Positions 1-11,146 of a stretch of 64,000 nucleotides of DNA are shown here, piece after piece. The position numbers and the translations under genes are program-made. Source of the stretch: an uncultured Planctomycetaceae bacterium (GTDB lineage Bacteria > Planctomycetota > Planctomycetia > Isosphaerales > Isosphaeraceae). Each line of letters opens with the position of its first letter. Within the stretch, counting starts at the first letter, position 1. Below the pieces are notes generated by a model. The model had not been told where the DNA came from and searched no databases. It saw only the letters and a program-made list of their open reading frames with translations. The stretch covers positions 1,888,001 through 1,952,000 of the forward strand of contig CAWIAD010000001.1 in the NCBI GenBank assembly GCA_963833985.1, read 5' to 3'.

Positions 1-1317
1 TAGGCCTTTCCGGCCAGATGCACGGCTCGGTGTTTCTGGATCAGGGGGGCGCGGTGATTCGCCCCGCCCTGTTGTGGAACGACCAGCGCACCGCGGCCGA
101 GTGCCGTGAGATCGAGGACCGGGTCGGCGGCCGGGCGGCACTGGTCAAGCTGGTGGCCAACCCCGCGCTCACGGGCTTCACCGCGCCCAAACTGCTGTGG
201 GTGCGCAAGCACGAGCCGGCGCACTGGGAGCGGGTGCGGCAGGTTCTCTTGCCGAAGGATTACGTCCGCTACCGGCTCACCGGCAGCTACGCCACCGAGG
301 TCAGCGACGCATCCGGCACGCTGCTGCTGGACGTGGCGAACCGCCGCTGGAGCAAGGAACTGCTGGGCAAGCTCGATCTCGACCCCGCGCTCTTGCCGCC
401 ATGCCACGAGAGCCCCGAGGTCTCCGCGGTGGTGAGCGCCGCGGCGCCGAGGCGACCGGGGTGCCGAAGGGCACGCCGGTGGTGGGCGGAGGCGGCGATC
501 AGCCAGCCGGCGCGGTGGGCAACGGCATCGTCCGCCAGGGAGTGGTCTCGGCCACGATGGGCACCTCCGGCGTGGTCTTCGCGCACGCCGACGAAGTGGG
601 ATATGACCCTCTGGGCCGGCTCCAGCGCGGCTGCCATGCGGTGCCGGGCGCCTGGCACGTAATGGGCGTGGTGCTCGCGGCCGGCGGCAGCTTCCAGTGG
701 TTCCGCAACGAGCTGGGCAAGGCGGAAATCGCTCGCGGCAAGGAGCAGGGGATGGACCCGTATTACATCCTCACCGCGGAAGCGGCCATCGCCGGCCCGG
801 CGCAGAGGGGCTCTTCTTTCTGCCCTACCTGACGGGCGAGCGCACGCCGCACTTCGACCCCGACGCCAAGGGTGGCTGGGTTGGACTGACGGTCCGCCAC
901 GGCCGGCCGCACCTCATCCGCGCCGTGCTGGAGGGGGCCACGTTCGCGATGCGCGACAGCCTGGAGCTGATCCGCGAGATGGGCGTGAGCATCGAGCAGA
1001 TCCGCCTCTCCGGCGGCGGCGCCCGCAACCCGCTCTGGCGGCAGATTCAGGCCGACATCTACGGCGGCGACGTGCACACGCTCAATTCCAGCGAGGGACC
1101 GGCCTTCGGCGTGGCGCTCCTGGCCCAGGTGGGCACCGGCGCCTTCGCCTCGGTTCCCGAGGCCTGCGACGCCACCATCCGCACGGTGGAATCGACGGCA
1201 TGCGATCCCAGGGTGAAGGCGTTCTACGACCGGTCGTATAAAATCTACAAGAAGCTTTATGTCGACCTCCGTGAATCGTTCCAGATGATGAGCGAACTGG
1301 TAAAGCATTCGCTCTGA
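1..1317 (+). CDS. xylB: Xylulokinase (FGGY family), 5'-partial; split over three frames
   Basis: GLSGQMHG, LLWNDQRT, TGFTAPKLLW, GGGDQ, FLPYLTGERTPH, SGGGARNPLWRQIQAD motifs spread over ORFs 18..662, 197..832 and 697..1317; shifts near 445 and 800. Confidence 0.88.
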
Positions 1318-1328
1318 GCGGCCGGTGG

Positions 1329-3523
1329 TTGCAGGGTCAGGCCTGGACACGACCAGCGCCGGGGGACCGCAGCTTGGCGAGGAAACGGCGATCCGCGGGG
1401 AGCCCGGCCCGGGGGACTTCAGGCAATCCGCCCATGCGGGCGACGGCCGGGACTGCCTCTCTGACCCAGGGAGCCTTGGCACGTCCGGGGGAACGCCGCG
1501 CGCAGATTGCGACGATCCTGGCCGTCGCCGGATTGCTGGCGGTGCACACCGCCCTGGCCGAGAACAGCCTGGTGCGCGAGAACCCGACGGTCGACGAGGT
1601 CGTGCATCTGCCGGCCGGCATCACTTACTGGCAGAAGAGGACCTTCAAGCTCTACCACCACAGCCCGCCCTTGCTGCGCATGGTCGCTGCGCTGCCCGTC
1701 TTATGGTGGGCGGACCCGGTGACCGAGCCGGTCTACCAGCAAAAGAGCTGGAATGCGGCGGACCCGTCGCCTTCGACGTTCTCGCAGACCTTCGCGTTCG
1801 TGAACCAGGAGCATTACTTCGACATTTTCCGGCTCGCACGCAGCGTCATGCCGCTGTTCTCGATCGTGGGCGGACTCGTCGTCTTCACCTGGTCGAGCCG
1901 GCTTTACGGATCTCTCGGCGGACTGCTCAGCCTGGCGCTCTGGGTCTTCTGCCCGAACGTCCTGGCGCACTGCCGGCTGGTGACAACGGACGTGGGCTCG
2001 ACGGCCCTGGGCGCCGCGGCGACGTTCGTGTTCTGGCTCTATCTCCAGCGTCCCTCGTGGCTGCGGGCCGTCGCGGCCGGGGCCTTGCTTGGCCTGGCGC
2101 AGCTCACCAAGTTCAGCATGCTCTTGCTCTATGCGGTCTGGCCATTGCTCTGGGTCGTCCGCCTGCTACTCGCGGTGCCCCGCGCCGAGCGCTGGCGGAG
2201 AGCCCTGGCGGGAGCCTGCCAGGGCGTCTTGATGGTGACGCTGAGCATCCTGACCATCGATGCGGGTTATGGCTTCGAGGGCGTGGGCCGGCCCCTGGGG
2301 AGCTTCGAATTCGCGTCATTGACGCTCACCCGCCCCGTGACCGTTGGCGTGCGCAAGCCGCCCGCCTCCCGAAACGAGCTGTTCGCCATGCTCTGGCCGT
2401 TCCGCGAGAACCGTTTCCGGGGAACGCTCCTGGAACGGCTGCCCGCGCCCTTGCCCGAGCACTACCTGCTTGGTTTCGACGAGCAGAAGGTCGAGGCCGA
2501 CGGGATGCCCGAGCGCTACATCCGGGCCTTTCAGGCACTCGGCGAGGGAGATGTCGCGCGGCGCGCGGGGAGGCCGCTTCCTCGGACGCCAGCGTGCGCG
2601 GCTACCCGGTGTACCTCAACGGCGTCCTGAGGCGGTCAGGCTGGTGGAACTACTACCTGCTGGCCCTGGTGTACAAGGTCCCCGAGGGGACCTGGCTGCT
2701 GGTGCTGCTCTCGGTCGTTGCGCTGGCGGTCGTGCGCAGGACCCCCGCGGCCTGGGCCGACGAGTTCGCGCTCTGGACCGTGCCCGTGATCGTCCTGGTG
2801 TCGATGAGCTTCCTCACGAACATCAACCTAGGTCTCCGATATGTTATATCTATATTTCCTTATTTGTTTATCGCGGCGGGCAAGGTCGTTCCGTGGGTCG
2901 AGGAGCAGGGCGGGGTGTGGCGGCGGATCGGGCGCATCTTCGTCGGCGGCTGCCTGGGCCTGACGGTCGCGGCCGCGCTCTGGATTCACCCGCACTATCT
3001 CGCGTACTTCAACTGGGCATCCGGCGGGCCTGGGCGCGTGCCGGCCCGCCTGATTGACAGCAACCTGGACTGGGGCCAGGACCTGGTGGGTCTGCGCGAC
3101 TGGTGCCGCGAACACGCTCCCGGAGAGACGATCGGCCTGGCGTATTTCGGTCAGATCAACCCCGCGATGCTGGCGCATGCGGGGGGCGGCATCGACTGGC
3201 TCTTGCCCCCCGTCCTGCCCGGCTCGACCGTGCCGATGGAGCGCGAGAGGAACCTTCCACCGCCCCGCCTGGTCGGTCCGATGAAGCGCTTGAGACCGGG
3301 CTATTACGCCATCAGCACCAGCCTGGTGTACGGCCTGCCCTGGCGGCTCTACGACCCTTCGCCGGTCATGCCGGACGCCTGGGCCCCCGCCTGGAACGCC
3401 GGCGAAGACGCGTTCGGCTACTTCCGCCGCTTCACGCCCATCGACCAGGTTGGCCATTCCATCCTGATCTACAATCTCACCCAGGAGGACATCGACCGGA
3501 ACGGACCGAGATTTGGCCCTTGA
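1329..3523 (+). CDS. GT-C fold membrane glycosyltransferase (ArnT/PMT, GT39-like); frameshift near 2570
   Basis: PTVDEVVHLPAG, HSPPL, LVTTD, LTKFS, NLGLRY, LIDSNLDWGQDL motifs; many TM segments; N-half in 1329..2630, C-half in frame ending 3523. Confidence 0.78.
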
Positions 3524-3574
3524 CCGCCGGCACGGAAAGCTCTGTCGTGACTCGCGCCGAAAGGGGTCAGTTAC

Positions 3575-5053
3575 GAATGCCACAAAGTTAGTCAGAAGTG
3601 CTTCATTGGCAACTGTTTGCGGAGTTCGGATCTGGGCCTAGTCATCCGCATGTATTGTTTTGGTCGTCGCTTTACGACTCGGGGCTCGACGCGTCCACGG
3701 CGCAATGGGTTGATGACGATCCGCGCGGGCTCAGAACCCCCTTCGGACCCGATCAGCCAGCGCACCGCGTCGATCAAGCCGATCCGATCCGGATCAACGC
3801 CGCGCATGCGTGCCGACTCCAGCATGACCGATCTTACCAGGTTATACGCCAGGCTGAAAATCGCCAGCTCTTTGAGAACCCCTTCGACTGTCTCGCAACG
3901 CAGAACATCCATCTTCATGCTAATCTTTATATGACGAAAATTGAGTTCGACTCTCCACCTCTTGTAGTAGAGTTCGGCCAGCTCTGTCGCCGGGTAGGTC
4001 GATGCGTCTAACAGAGTCGTGACCAGCGTGATTTGCGCACCCGATACCCGGGTGTCTCGACCCGGTACCTCAGCTCGCGCACGGTGATCTCGGAGGGCAG
4101 CACCTCGAACTCATCCGCCGACATCCACTTCGGATGGGATTTCGATTTAAACCATGTGACAATCTGATCTGCGGTTCCCTGCGCCAACACCCACCGCGAA
4201 CTCGGCAGACCCTGCGGCCTGGGGTACGGACCCTTCCTCCTGGCCATCGGACGACCCGGCGTGAAATCGACGATCTGCTGCTGGTGCACGCGGAAAACCG
4301 CATGCAGACCGCGTTGCAGTAATATCGCCAGATGAGCATACGAGCAAAATCCGCGGTCACCGAGCACGATGTCTCCCGGCTCCAGGCCGTCGGAGATCGG
4401 GCCAACCTGGGACATCTCGTGGGTCCGCAAAGGGGCCGTCCTCGAACGCAGAAGCATGCCGGTGGTGACGTCGAAGAGGGCCAGCCATTTCGCCACCGGG
4501 AAGCCACAGCCCTTGCGTTGACCGCTGGGTTGGCCGAAGTGACGTTGCAGTTCTGGTTGGTCCGGCATGGAGAAGCTGGAGCTGTCGACGACCCAGATTC
4601 GGTGCCCGAGCCACCGCGCGCCATCCGAAGCAGTCCGCACGGCGGCAGCGGTCCGCTCCACGAGCCAGTCGAAGACGGCCAGCGGAAGCCGCTTTCGCGC
4701 CAGGCAGTAGGCGCTGTCGGTGAAGGTCCAAGCGCCGAAGTGCACCACGTGGCGACAAGCCGTGTTGCCATGAAGGACCTGGAGAAGGAACAGATAAATG
4801 GTCGTCGCGGGGTCGAGAACGCGATTCCGCCAGCGGTGTTTCGCCTGGCGGCAGGCTTCTTCGATCGTCTCCCGGGACAATCCCGCGGCGATATCTTGGC
4901 GCAGTCGATCGAGAATAGGGATGATGCGAGGCGGCATGGGTGGGGCTCCCTCCAGCAACTGTGGGTCCTGGTACTTCCCACAGGATGCCCGGAGCCTCAC
5001 CCATGGCGCAAGATCAAATGGCACAATTAGTTAAAATTAACTTCGCGGCATTC
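3575..5053 (-). mobile_element. IS4-family insertion sequence, about 1.48 kb
   Basis: Imperfect TIRs GAATGCCACAAAGTTAGT (3575) and revcomp GAATGCCGCGAAGTTAAT (ending 5053); exact 11-bp direct repeat GGGTCAGTTAC at 3564-3574 and 5054-5064; DDE transposase inside. Confidence 0.93.
3592..4937 (-). CDS. IS4-family DDE transposase; frameshift near 4033
   Basis: VVDSSSF, GDRGFCSY, and YYKRWRVELNFRHIK (YREK-like) in the second frame; GGAGGGAG RBS before ATG 4937. Confidence 0.88.
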
Positions 5054-5056
5054 GGG

Positions 5057-7132
5057 TCAGTTACCCTTCAGGAACGTGCCATTGATCCTGTCCTTGTTCT
5101 GATTGGCTCCGGTGTACCCCTGCGCGTCGACATTGACGAAACAGGTGTCGATCCAGTATCCGCCGGGCGCCTGGGGATTCTTCCACCGGAGCGTCAGCCG
5201 GTCATTCACGATCGACCAGGTATCAGCGCTATCGGGTGAATCCAACCTGCCGTTCGCATAGTAGGTGATCGTACCCGGCGTGGCTTGCCCCTGGACGAAG
5301 TGCTTCGAGCGGGCGACCACCTGCTGATCAATCAAGGTTTTCAGGTCGTCGGGAATCCGGGAGGACGTGAAGTAGGAAAGGACCTTTGCACGCGCTGAGC
5401 CCATTTGCATCAGATAGTCCGTCACGGCGTTTCGCATCATCTGGGACCACGGAATCAGCCCGTGCTTTTCAAAGGCCGCCCGTTCGGCTCTGAGACGGTC
5501 GATCGACGGCGTGGATCTTGCGCCCTTGCGCGACGCATTGTTGTTCGCGGCCGGGACGGTTCCTTCGAACTGGGCAAGCAAATTCTTTCGGGCCCTGGCA
5601 ACGGTCGTCAGGTATTCTTCACGGATCGACGTGACATCCATGTCCATCCGCGCCGGTCCACCGCCCGGTGCGGGCCTTGCTGCTTGCACCGCGGCCACTC
5701 CGGGCGGCCGGGACAGCTCGTACACGCGTACTCCACCGACGATATCGCTGATCGCCAGCCTCGACCCGTTCCCGGCCAGCGCGATCCTGATCGCGGTGCT
5801 CTGGATGATGCTGAAGTATCCAGAGGGCGTACCGCTTCCACCGTGTTGCTCGAGGTGTTCTTCGGTCGGACGCACTGTTCCCAGCACCCGTGTGCTGCCC
5901 CCGTCCCACACGTCGACCTTGTTTTCCCGGACCCCGCGGTTCCGGACGTCGTGATAATGGAGTGCGGCCAGCCGGGTGCCATCGGCGCTCATGACAACCT
6001 GAGGCTCGAACCAGCCGTCGGGATCTCGCTGGCTTCCCAGTCCCGGGGGTACCGGCGAGTTGCGGTTCCCCCCTGCCGCGGGCTGCCCCTGTGGCCAAAC
6101 ATAGAATAGCATACTCATATGTTCTCCACTAAATGGATCTAACCGCTCGAAATGGCGACCCCCGTGGTCAACGAAGAGGGGCCCTCTCGAACTCCACACG
6201 AGCGATCCGAGGCTGCGGCCGGCCTTCTGAAAGAGGAGCCTCGGAGCAACCTGTCCTGCATCGAGGGAGAGCATTTTCAAGGAGAGAACCGAATCCTGAG
6301 GGCGGTCGGGACGGGCATGGTTTCGTTCCGACGACGGGCCGTCGGACCCCGAGAGGAAGAGTGCCAGCCGCTTGCCGTCGGGGGAGAACGCCAGGGAGTC
6401 GGTCCAGTTGACCTTACCCTGGTGCGCCACGCCGGGAAGCTGCCACGCTGCCTTGCGCCCGGCCATGTCCCAGACGGTCACTTCCCTGGCCTTGAAGTCC
6501 TGGGCCGATCCTCGCAAAGGCGGCACGGCCGGTAGCCGTCGTCGGATGTTCCCCCGTGCGGGCGGCGCTGGCGCCGGTGCGGCGTGTGAGGCGGCCACCT
6601 TCTCATTGTGGACCGTGGCCAGGTATCGTCCGTCGGGTGAGATGGCAACCGCCGTGAACACGCCGCTCTGTGACGGCGACAAGGGCGCACCGATCCTCTT
6701 TCCGCTGGCCACGTCCCACACCTCGTAGGAGCCCAGGGGTCCCACACTCCGTTTTTCTATGAGTTTAACCAGTCCTTCCGATTGGCCGAAGCCATTATTG
6801 ACGGTGAGCAAGGACTTGCCGTCAGCCGAGAACTCCAGATAGGTGAAGTTTGCCCTGGCCTCGCGAAACGAGCTCAGCTTGGTCCCGCTGCCGACATCCC
6901 AGACGGTGATCTCGCCGGGAATTGTGACCACCTTGCCGTCCGTGCCGATGATCACGTTCACCGAGGCGCCGGCGACTCGAGTTCCGTCCGGAGAGACGGC
7001 AAGCCAGTTCAGAGGTCGACCGTTCCCCTTCAGAGCAACCATCTCCGGCATGTCGAACGCGTGGCCCTCCGCAACGAATACGCAGCAGAACATGGCGCCC
7101 GCGAGACCGAAAGCCCGGGTCTGGTGTTTCAT
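5057..7132 (-). CDS. Exported WD40/beta-propeller protein with an unknown C-terminal domain
   Basis: Signal-peptide-like N-terminus (…AEGHA-F); repeats LAVSPDG, ITVWD, LEFSADG, VAISPDG, LAFSPDG. Confidence 0.7.
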   Translation of the reverse strand: MKHQTRAFGLAGAMFCCVFVAEGHAFDMPEMVALKGNGRPLNWLAVSPDGTRVAGASVNVIIGTDGKVVTIPGEITVWDVGSGTKLSSFREARANFTYLEFSADGKSLLTVNNGFGQSEGLVKLIEKRSVGPLGSYEVWDVASGKRIGAPLSPSQSGVFTAVAISPDGRYLATVHNEKVAASHAAPAPAPPARGNIRRRLPAVPPLRGSAQDFKAREVTVWDMAGRKAAWQLPGVAHQGKVNWTDSLAFSPDGKRLALFLSGSDGPSSERNHARPDRPQDSVLSLKMLSLDAGQVAPRLLFQKAGRSLGSLVWSSRGPLFVDHGGRHFERLDPFSGEHMSMLFYVWPQGQPAAGGNRNSPVPPGLGSQRDPDGWFEPQVVMSADGTRLAALHYHDVRNRGVRENKVDVWDGGSTRVLGTVRPTEEHLEQHGGSGTPSGYFSIIQSTAIRIALAGNGSRLAISDIVGGVRVYELSRPPGVAAVQAARPAPGGGPARMDMDVTSIREEYLTTVARARKNLLAQFEGTVPAANNNASRKGARSTPSIDRLRAERAAFEKHGLIPWSQMMRNAVTDYLMQMGSARAKVLSYFTSSRIPDDLKTLIDQQVVARSKHFVQGQATPGTITYYANGRLDSPDSADTWSIVNDRLTLRWKNPQAPGGYWIDTCFVNVDAQGYTGANQNKDRINGTFLKGN

Positions 7133-7280
7133 CAAAGGATTACTCTTATCAAGGAGTTGAAAGGAAATAACCTGTGACGACGATGCTTGGGCCGATCTGG
7201 AAACTCCATAATATCCACAATCTCATTCGTGGCGGCAAGCGTGTATACAATGCCCAGTAATCGGAGCCTCGAGACTTGAT

Positions 7281-8222
7281 TCAGGCCCGGCGAGATAACG
7301 GTTTCGAGCAGACGTAAACCTGCGCCAGGTCGTCCTCGGTGGTGGGGCCGAAGAAGACGGAAACGTCGAGGCCGGCCTGGGCGATGAGTTCGGGGACATC
7401 GGCGCCGAACTCGGTGAAGACGACGTAACCGGTGTCGCCGCCAGGGTGGCAGAGCCGCCCCGCCAGGACCTCCACGGAGCCATCGGCGCGAAGCCTGGCT
7501 CGCGAGAAGGTCCTGGCGACGGTCGGCAGGACGGGGATGGTGAAGAGATGGCAGCCGCCGGGCACGAGAATTCGACCGAGTTCGCGGAGTGCGGCGTCCA
7601 GGTCGGGAACATGCTTGAGTGTCTCCGAGGTGAGCAACAGGTCAAAGCTGCTGTCCGGGTAGGTCAGGCGGCACAGGTCCTCGGAGCGAACGCCATCCAC
7701 GACAGTCCCCGGAGCGGCACCGGGATGGTAATCCGACGCCTGGAATCCCGGCAGGACGGACAGTGCATCGTGCAGGCCCTCGATGCGGTTGATCTCGGCG
7801 ATCCGCAACCGCGCGGCCTCGGCGGATCGCACCCAGTCGCGAATCGACCGGACCGGGGCAGGGGGGGTGCCGACGGGGAACATCTGGAGCATCACCTCCG
7901 CGATGCGCCGGGCGCGGAGCTTTGCACCACAACCGGCACAGTCGCACGATTCCTTCCGCGCCAGGGCCGCCGCCAGGCGGGGCGTCAGGCCCCAGAGTTC
8001 GGCGAGCCGGGGTGGGATCACTCGCCGGCGATAGAGCATCGGCCGGAACCTGCCGCAGACGGAGCAATGCTGCCAGCGCCCGGAGAGGCACGCGCCGGTG
8101 TAATCGCGCGCAGCCAGCCCACCCGGTGCGCCTCGTTCCAGACCGGCACCAGGTATCGCTTCAGTCCGGCCGGGATCGGCAGCTTGCCCATGCGTCCTCC
8201 CGTTCTTGCCCGCAGCAGGCAC
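7281..8222 (-). CDS. Class I SAM-dependent methyltransferase-like protein with N-terminal CxxC pairs; start uncertain
   Basis: CSVC and CAGC; EDLCRLTYPDSSFDLLLTSETLKHVPD…LVPGG. Confidence 0.7.
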   Translation of the reverse strand: MPAAGKNGRTHGQAADPGRTEAIPGAGLERGAPGGLAARDYTGACLSGRWQHCSVCGRFRPMLYRRRVIPPRLAELWGLTPRLAAALARKESCDCAGCGAKLRARRIAEVMLQMFPVGTPPAPVRSIRDWVRSAEAARLRIAEINRIEGLHDALSVLPGFQASDYHPGAAPGTVVDGVRSEDLCRLTYPDSSFDLLLTSETLKHVPDLDAALRELGRILVPGGCHLFTIPVLPTVARTFSRARLRADGSVEVLAGRLCHPGGDTGYVVFTEFGADVPELIAQAGLDVSVFFGPTTEDDLAQVYVCSKPLSRRA

Positions 8223-8348
8223 CCCTACGCTCCCGCGATTCGCCGTGCCTTGACCCCCGGGCGCGCTTTGATTACGATAGCTTTATCTGAGTGCCCCCTG
8301 CTCGATGTTTCTAACGGCAAACGCGGCAGCCAATTAGGACGATTATTG

Positions 8349-9518
8349 ATGGCCTACTCGACCACGGTCCCGAGGCACAAAACGTGTGAGGTGGGCATCG
8401 GCGATCACCTCGTCGGCGGCACCAACCCGATCTCGGTGCAGTCGATGACCACGACGAACACGTTCGACGTCGAGGCCACGCTGGCACAGATCCACAAGCT
8501 GGAGGAGGCGGGCTGCGAGATCATCCGCGTGACCGTGCCCAAGAAGGAGGACGTCGAAGGGGTCAAGGCCCTCCGCGACCGGATCAAGATTCCTCTCATC
8601 GCCGACATCCACTATGACTATCGCATGGCCCTGGCGTGCCTGGAAGCACGCACTCCCTCGGGCCGGCGCGCGGTGGACAAGATTCGCATCAATCCGGGAA
8701 ACATTGGCGGAGAGGAGCGGTTCAAGGAAGTGGTGCGGAAGGCCCGCGACGCCGGCGTGCCGATGCGCATCGGCGTCAACTCGGGGAGCCTGGAAAAGGA
8801 CCTGATCGACAAGTACGGCTTTCCCTGTCCCGAGGCCATGGTCGAGAGCGCATTGCGGCACATTGAAACGGCGGAGTCGCTGGGCTACCGGCAGATGATC
8901 ATCAGCCTGAAGGCCAGCCACGTGCCGACGGCCGTGGAGTGCTACACGCAGTATGCGGCCCGATCCGATTACCCGACTCACGTGGGCATCACGGAGGCCG
9001 GCTCCCGGGAGTATGGCACGCTCAAGAGCGCAGCGGGGATCGGGGCGATCCTCTTGCGGGGCATTGGCGATACGATCCGCGTCTCCTTGCTGGGCGACCC
9101 GGTTCCCGAGATCGCCGCCGGGTTCGACATCCTGCGCGCCTGCGACCGCCGGGTGACCAAGCCCGAGGTCGTCGCCTGCCCGACCTGCGGCCGGCTGGAC
9201 ATCGACCTTGAGCGGATCGTCGCCGAAGTCGAGGAGAAGATGAAGAGCCTGACGAACCCGCTGCGGATCAGCATCCTGGGCTGCCTGGTGAACGGCTTCG
9301 GCGAGGCCAAGGAGGCCGACCTGGGCATCGCCGCGGGCGCAGGGAAGGGAATCATCTTCAAGCGCGGCGTGCCGATTCGCCACGTCAAGGAGGACGAGAT
9401 GGTGCAGGCCCTGCTCGAAGAGGTCGAGCGCTTCGGCGAGGAGACCAAACCGCTGGCGTCCTTCCTCGAAAAAGAGAAGCAGAAGCAGCAGAAGACGGCC
9501 TTGCCGGTACTGGGGTAA
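8349..9518 (+). CDS. ispG: (E)-4-hydroxy-3-methylbut-2-enyl-diphosphate synthase
   Basis: PISVQSMT, IADIHY, RINPGNIG, RIGVNSGSL, GIGDTIRVSL, ACPTCGR, GCLVNG. Confidence 0.96.
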   Translation: MAYSTTVPRHKTCEVGIGDHLVGGTNPISVQSMTTTNTFDVEATLAQIHKLEEAGCEIIRVTVPKKEDVEGVKALRDRIKIPLIADIHYDYRMALACLEARTPSGRRAVDKIRINPGNIGGEERFKEVVRKARDAGVPMRIGVNSGSLEKDLIDKYGFPCPEAMVESALRHIETAESLGYRQMIISLKASHVPTAVECYTQYAARSDYPTHVGITEAGSREYGTLKSAAGIGAILLRGIGDTIRVSLLGDPVPEIAAGFDILRACDRRVTKPEVVACPTCGRLDIDLERIVAEVEEKMKSLTNPLRISILGCLVNGFGEAKEADLGIAAGAGKGIIFKRGVPIRHVKEDEMVQALLEEVERFGEETKPLASFLEKEKQKQQKTALPVLG

Positions 9519-9535
9519 GGCCCCCTGGACGGTGC

Positions 9536-11044
9536 TCAACGCCGCCCGCGAATCAGGTACCAGACGAAGACCACGGTCGCGCCCAGGATCATCAGGCTCG
9601 TCACCAGGCGCTCGTTGAATCGCCTGCGGCGCCATCGCGGGTTCTCGACCCGGTCGCTGCTGGGGGCGCGGCTGCGGACGAAGACCGTGGCGAACTTTTC
9701 AGGCCTTGATCTCCCCTCGGTGCGCACCGGCCTGGCCGCGGCACTGAGCGAATAGACGGATTTCGGGTCTTCCTGGGTGTCATCATCGCTCCGGTTCGTC
9801 GCCGGGTGCGGTGGCGCGGCCGTGCGGTCTTCCGGAGCCATGGCCGCCTCAAGCTGCCCCAGCAGCTCCGAGAGTGATTGCGGTCGAATGCCGGGCGACT
9901 TGGACAGCATGCGGCGAAACAGGTCGTCGAGACGGTCGTGAACGTCGCGCCGGCTTCGCCGCAGCGAGGGGACCGGTTGTTCGCGATGACCGATGAGCCG
10001 CTCCATGAAGGTCCTGCCTCCGTAGGGCGGCCGGCCGGTGAGCAGATAGTGGAGCGTGCAGCCGAGGGAATAGATATCGGACCGGGCGTCGGTGAGCCGG
10101 GGATCAAAGGCCTGTTCGGGGGACATGTAGTCCACCGTGCCGACGATGACTCCGCTCGCGGTAAGGTCCAGATCCGCGCTTTCCGAGGTGAGCAGGTTGT
10201 CACCCTGGCTGGTGCGGGCCAGGCCAAGATCCAGGACCTTGATGGTACCCGACAGGTCGCGCAGCAGGTTGGCGGGCTTGATATCGCGGTGGATGATGCC
10301 GTGCGCATGGGCCTCGGCCAGGCCCCTGGCTGCCTGGACGATGCAGTCGACCGCCTGTGGAACCGGCAGCGGTCCTTTCTCGCGAACGAACTTCGCCAGG
10401 TCCTTGCCGTCCACGTACTCCATGACCAGAAAGAGGAGTCCGTGCGTCTCGCCGGCGTCCAGGGCCGCCACGATGTTCGGATGTCGCAGCCTGGCAACCG
10501 CCGCCGTCTCGCGCCGGAACCGCAGGACGGCCGAGCGATCGCGGCTGATGGATGGAGGCAGGAGCTTGAGTGCCACCACCCGCTGGAGCTGCTTGTGGCG
10601 CGCTTTCAGGACCAGCCCCATGCCGCCCGCGCCGATTTTTTCGAGCACGACGTAATTGCCGATCACCAGGCCCTTGATCTTTCCTTGAGCGATCGCGGCC
10701 GCCTGGTAGCGTGTCAGCTTCTCGCGGCGGATCAGCTCGTCGAGCACGTCCAGGGCCTCTGGAGCGCGGCCCGCACCGGAGAGCCGGGTGCATACGGATC
10801 GGATCTCGGACTCGGCAATGAGCTGGCTCTTCACCAGTAACTCGGTGAGCCGCTCCAGATCGGGCAGGGCGGACGGGGCAGCCCGGGCAGCGGCGACCGG
10901 CGGCTCGGCTGCGCGAGGCCGCTGAGCGGGGTGGAACTGTTCGGTCTCGGAATCGTCCCAGGTATAGTCCGAGAGATCGCTGGGCGGCGGCTCCGTGAGC
11001 TCACCGTCGATCCGCTCGGGGGAGGGGGAGCCGGGCGGCAACAT
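9536..11044 (-). CDS. Hanks-type Ser/Thr protein kinase with C-terminal TM anchor
   Basis: IGAGGMG, VALK, HRDIKPANL, DLGLA, GTVDYMSPEQ, DIYSLG. Confidence 0.92.
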   Translation of the reverse strand: MLPPGSPSPERIDGELTEPPPSDLSDYTWDDSETEQFHPAQRPRAAEPPVAAARAAPSALPDLERLTELLVKSQLIAESEIRSVCTRLSGAGRAPEALDVLDELIRREKLTRYQAAAIAQGKIKGLVIGNYVVLEKIGAGGMGLVLKARHKQLQRVVALKLLPPSISRDRSAVLRFRRETAAVARLRHPNIVAALDAGETHGLLFLVMEYVDGKDLAKFVREKGPLPVPQAVDCIVQAARGLAEAHAHGIIHRDIKPANLLRDLSGTIKVLDLGLARTSQGDNLLTSESADLDLTASGVIVGTVDYMSPEQAFDPRLTDARSDIYSLGCTLHYLLTGRPPYGGRTFMERLIGHREQPVPSLRRSRRDVHDRLDDLFRRMLSKSPGIRPQSLSELLGQLEAAMAPEDRTAAPPHPATNRSDDDTQEDPKSVYSLSAAARPVRTEGRSRPEKFATVFVRSRAPSSDRVENPRWRRRRFNERLVTSLMILGATVVFVWYLIRGRR

Positions 11045-11146
11045 ACCGATCTCCCCCTGTATCCAGGGCCGGAGCTGGAAGGCGTCGACGAGTCCCCTTC
11101 ACGATAGGAGAACCGAGATGTTCCCTCAAGGGCGCTGGTCATGCCC

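Noticed and set aside
7446..8348. 300-aa N-terminal extension of IspG
   Set aside because: It overlaps the opposite-strand methyltransferase; IspG similarity begins at ATG 8349.
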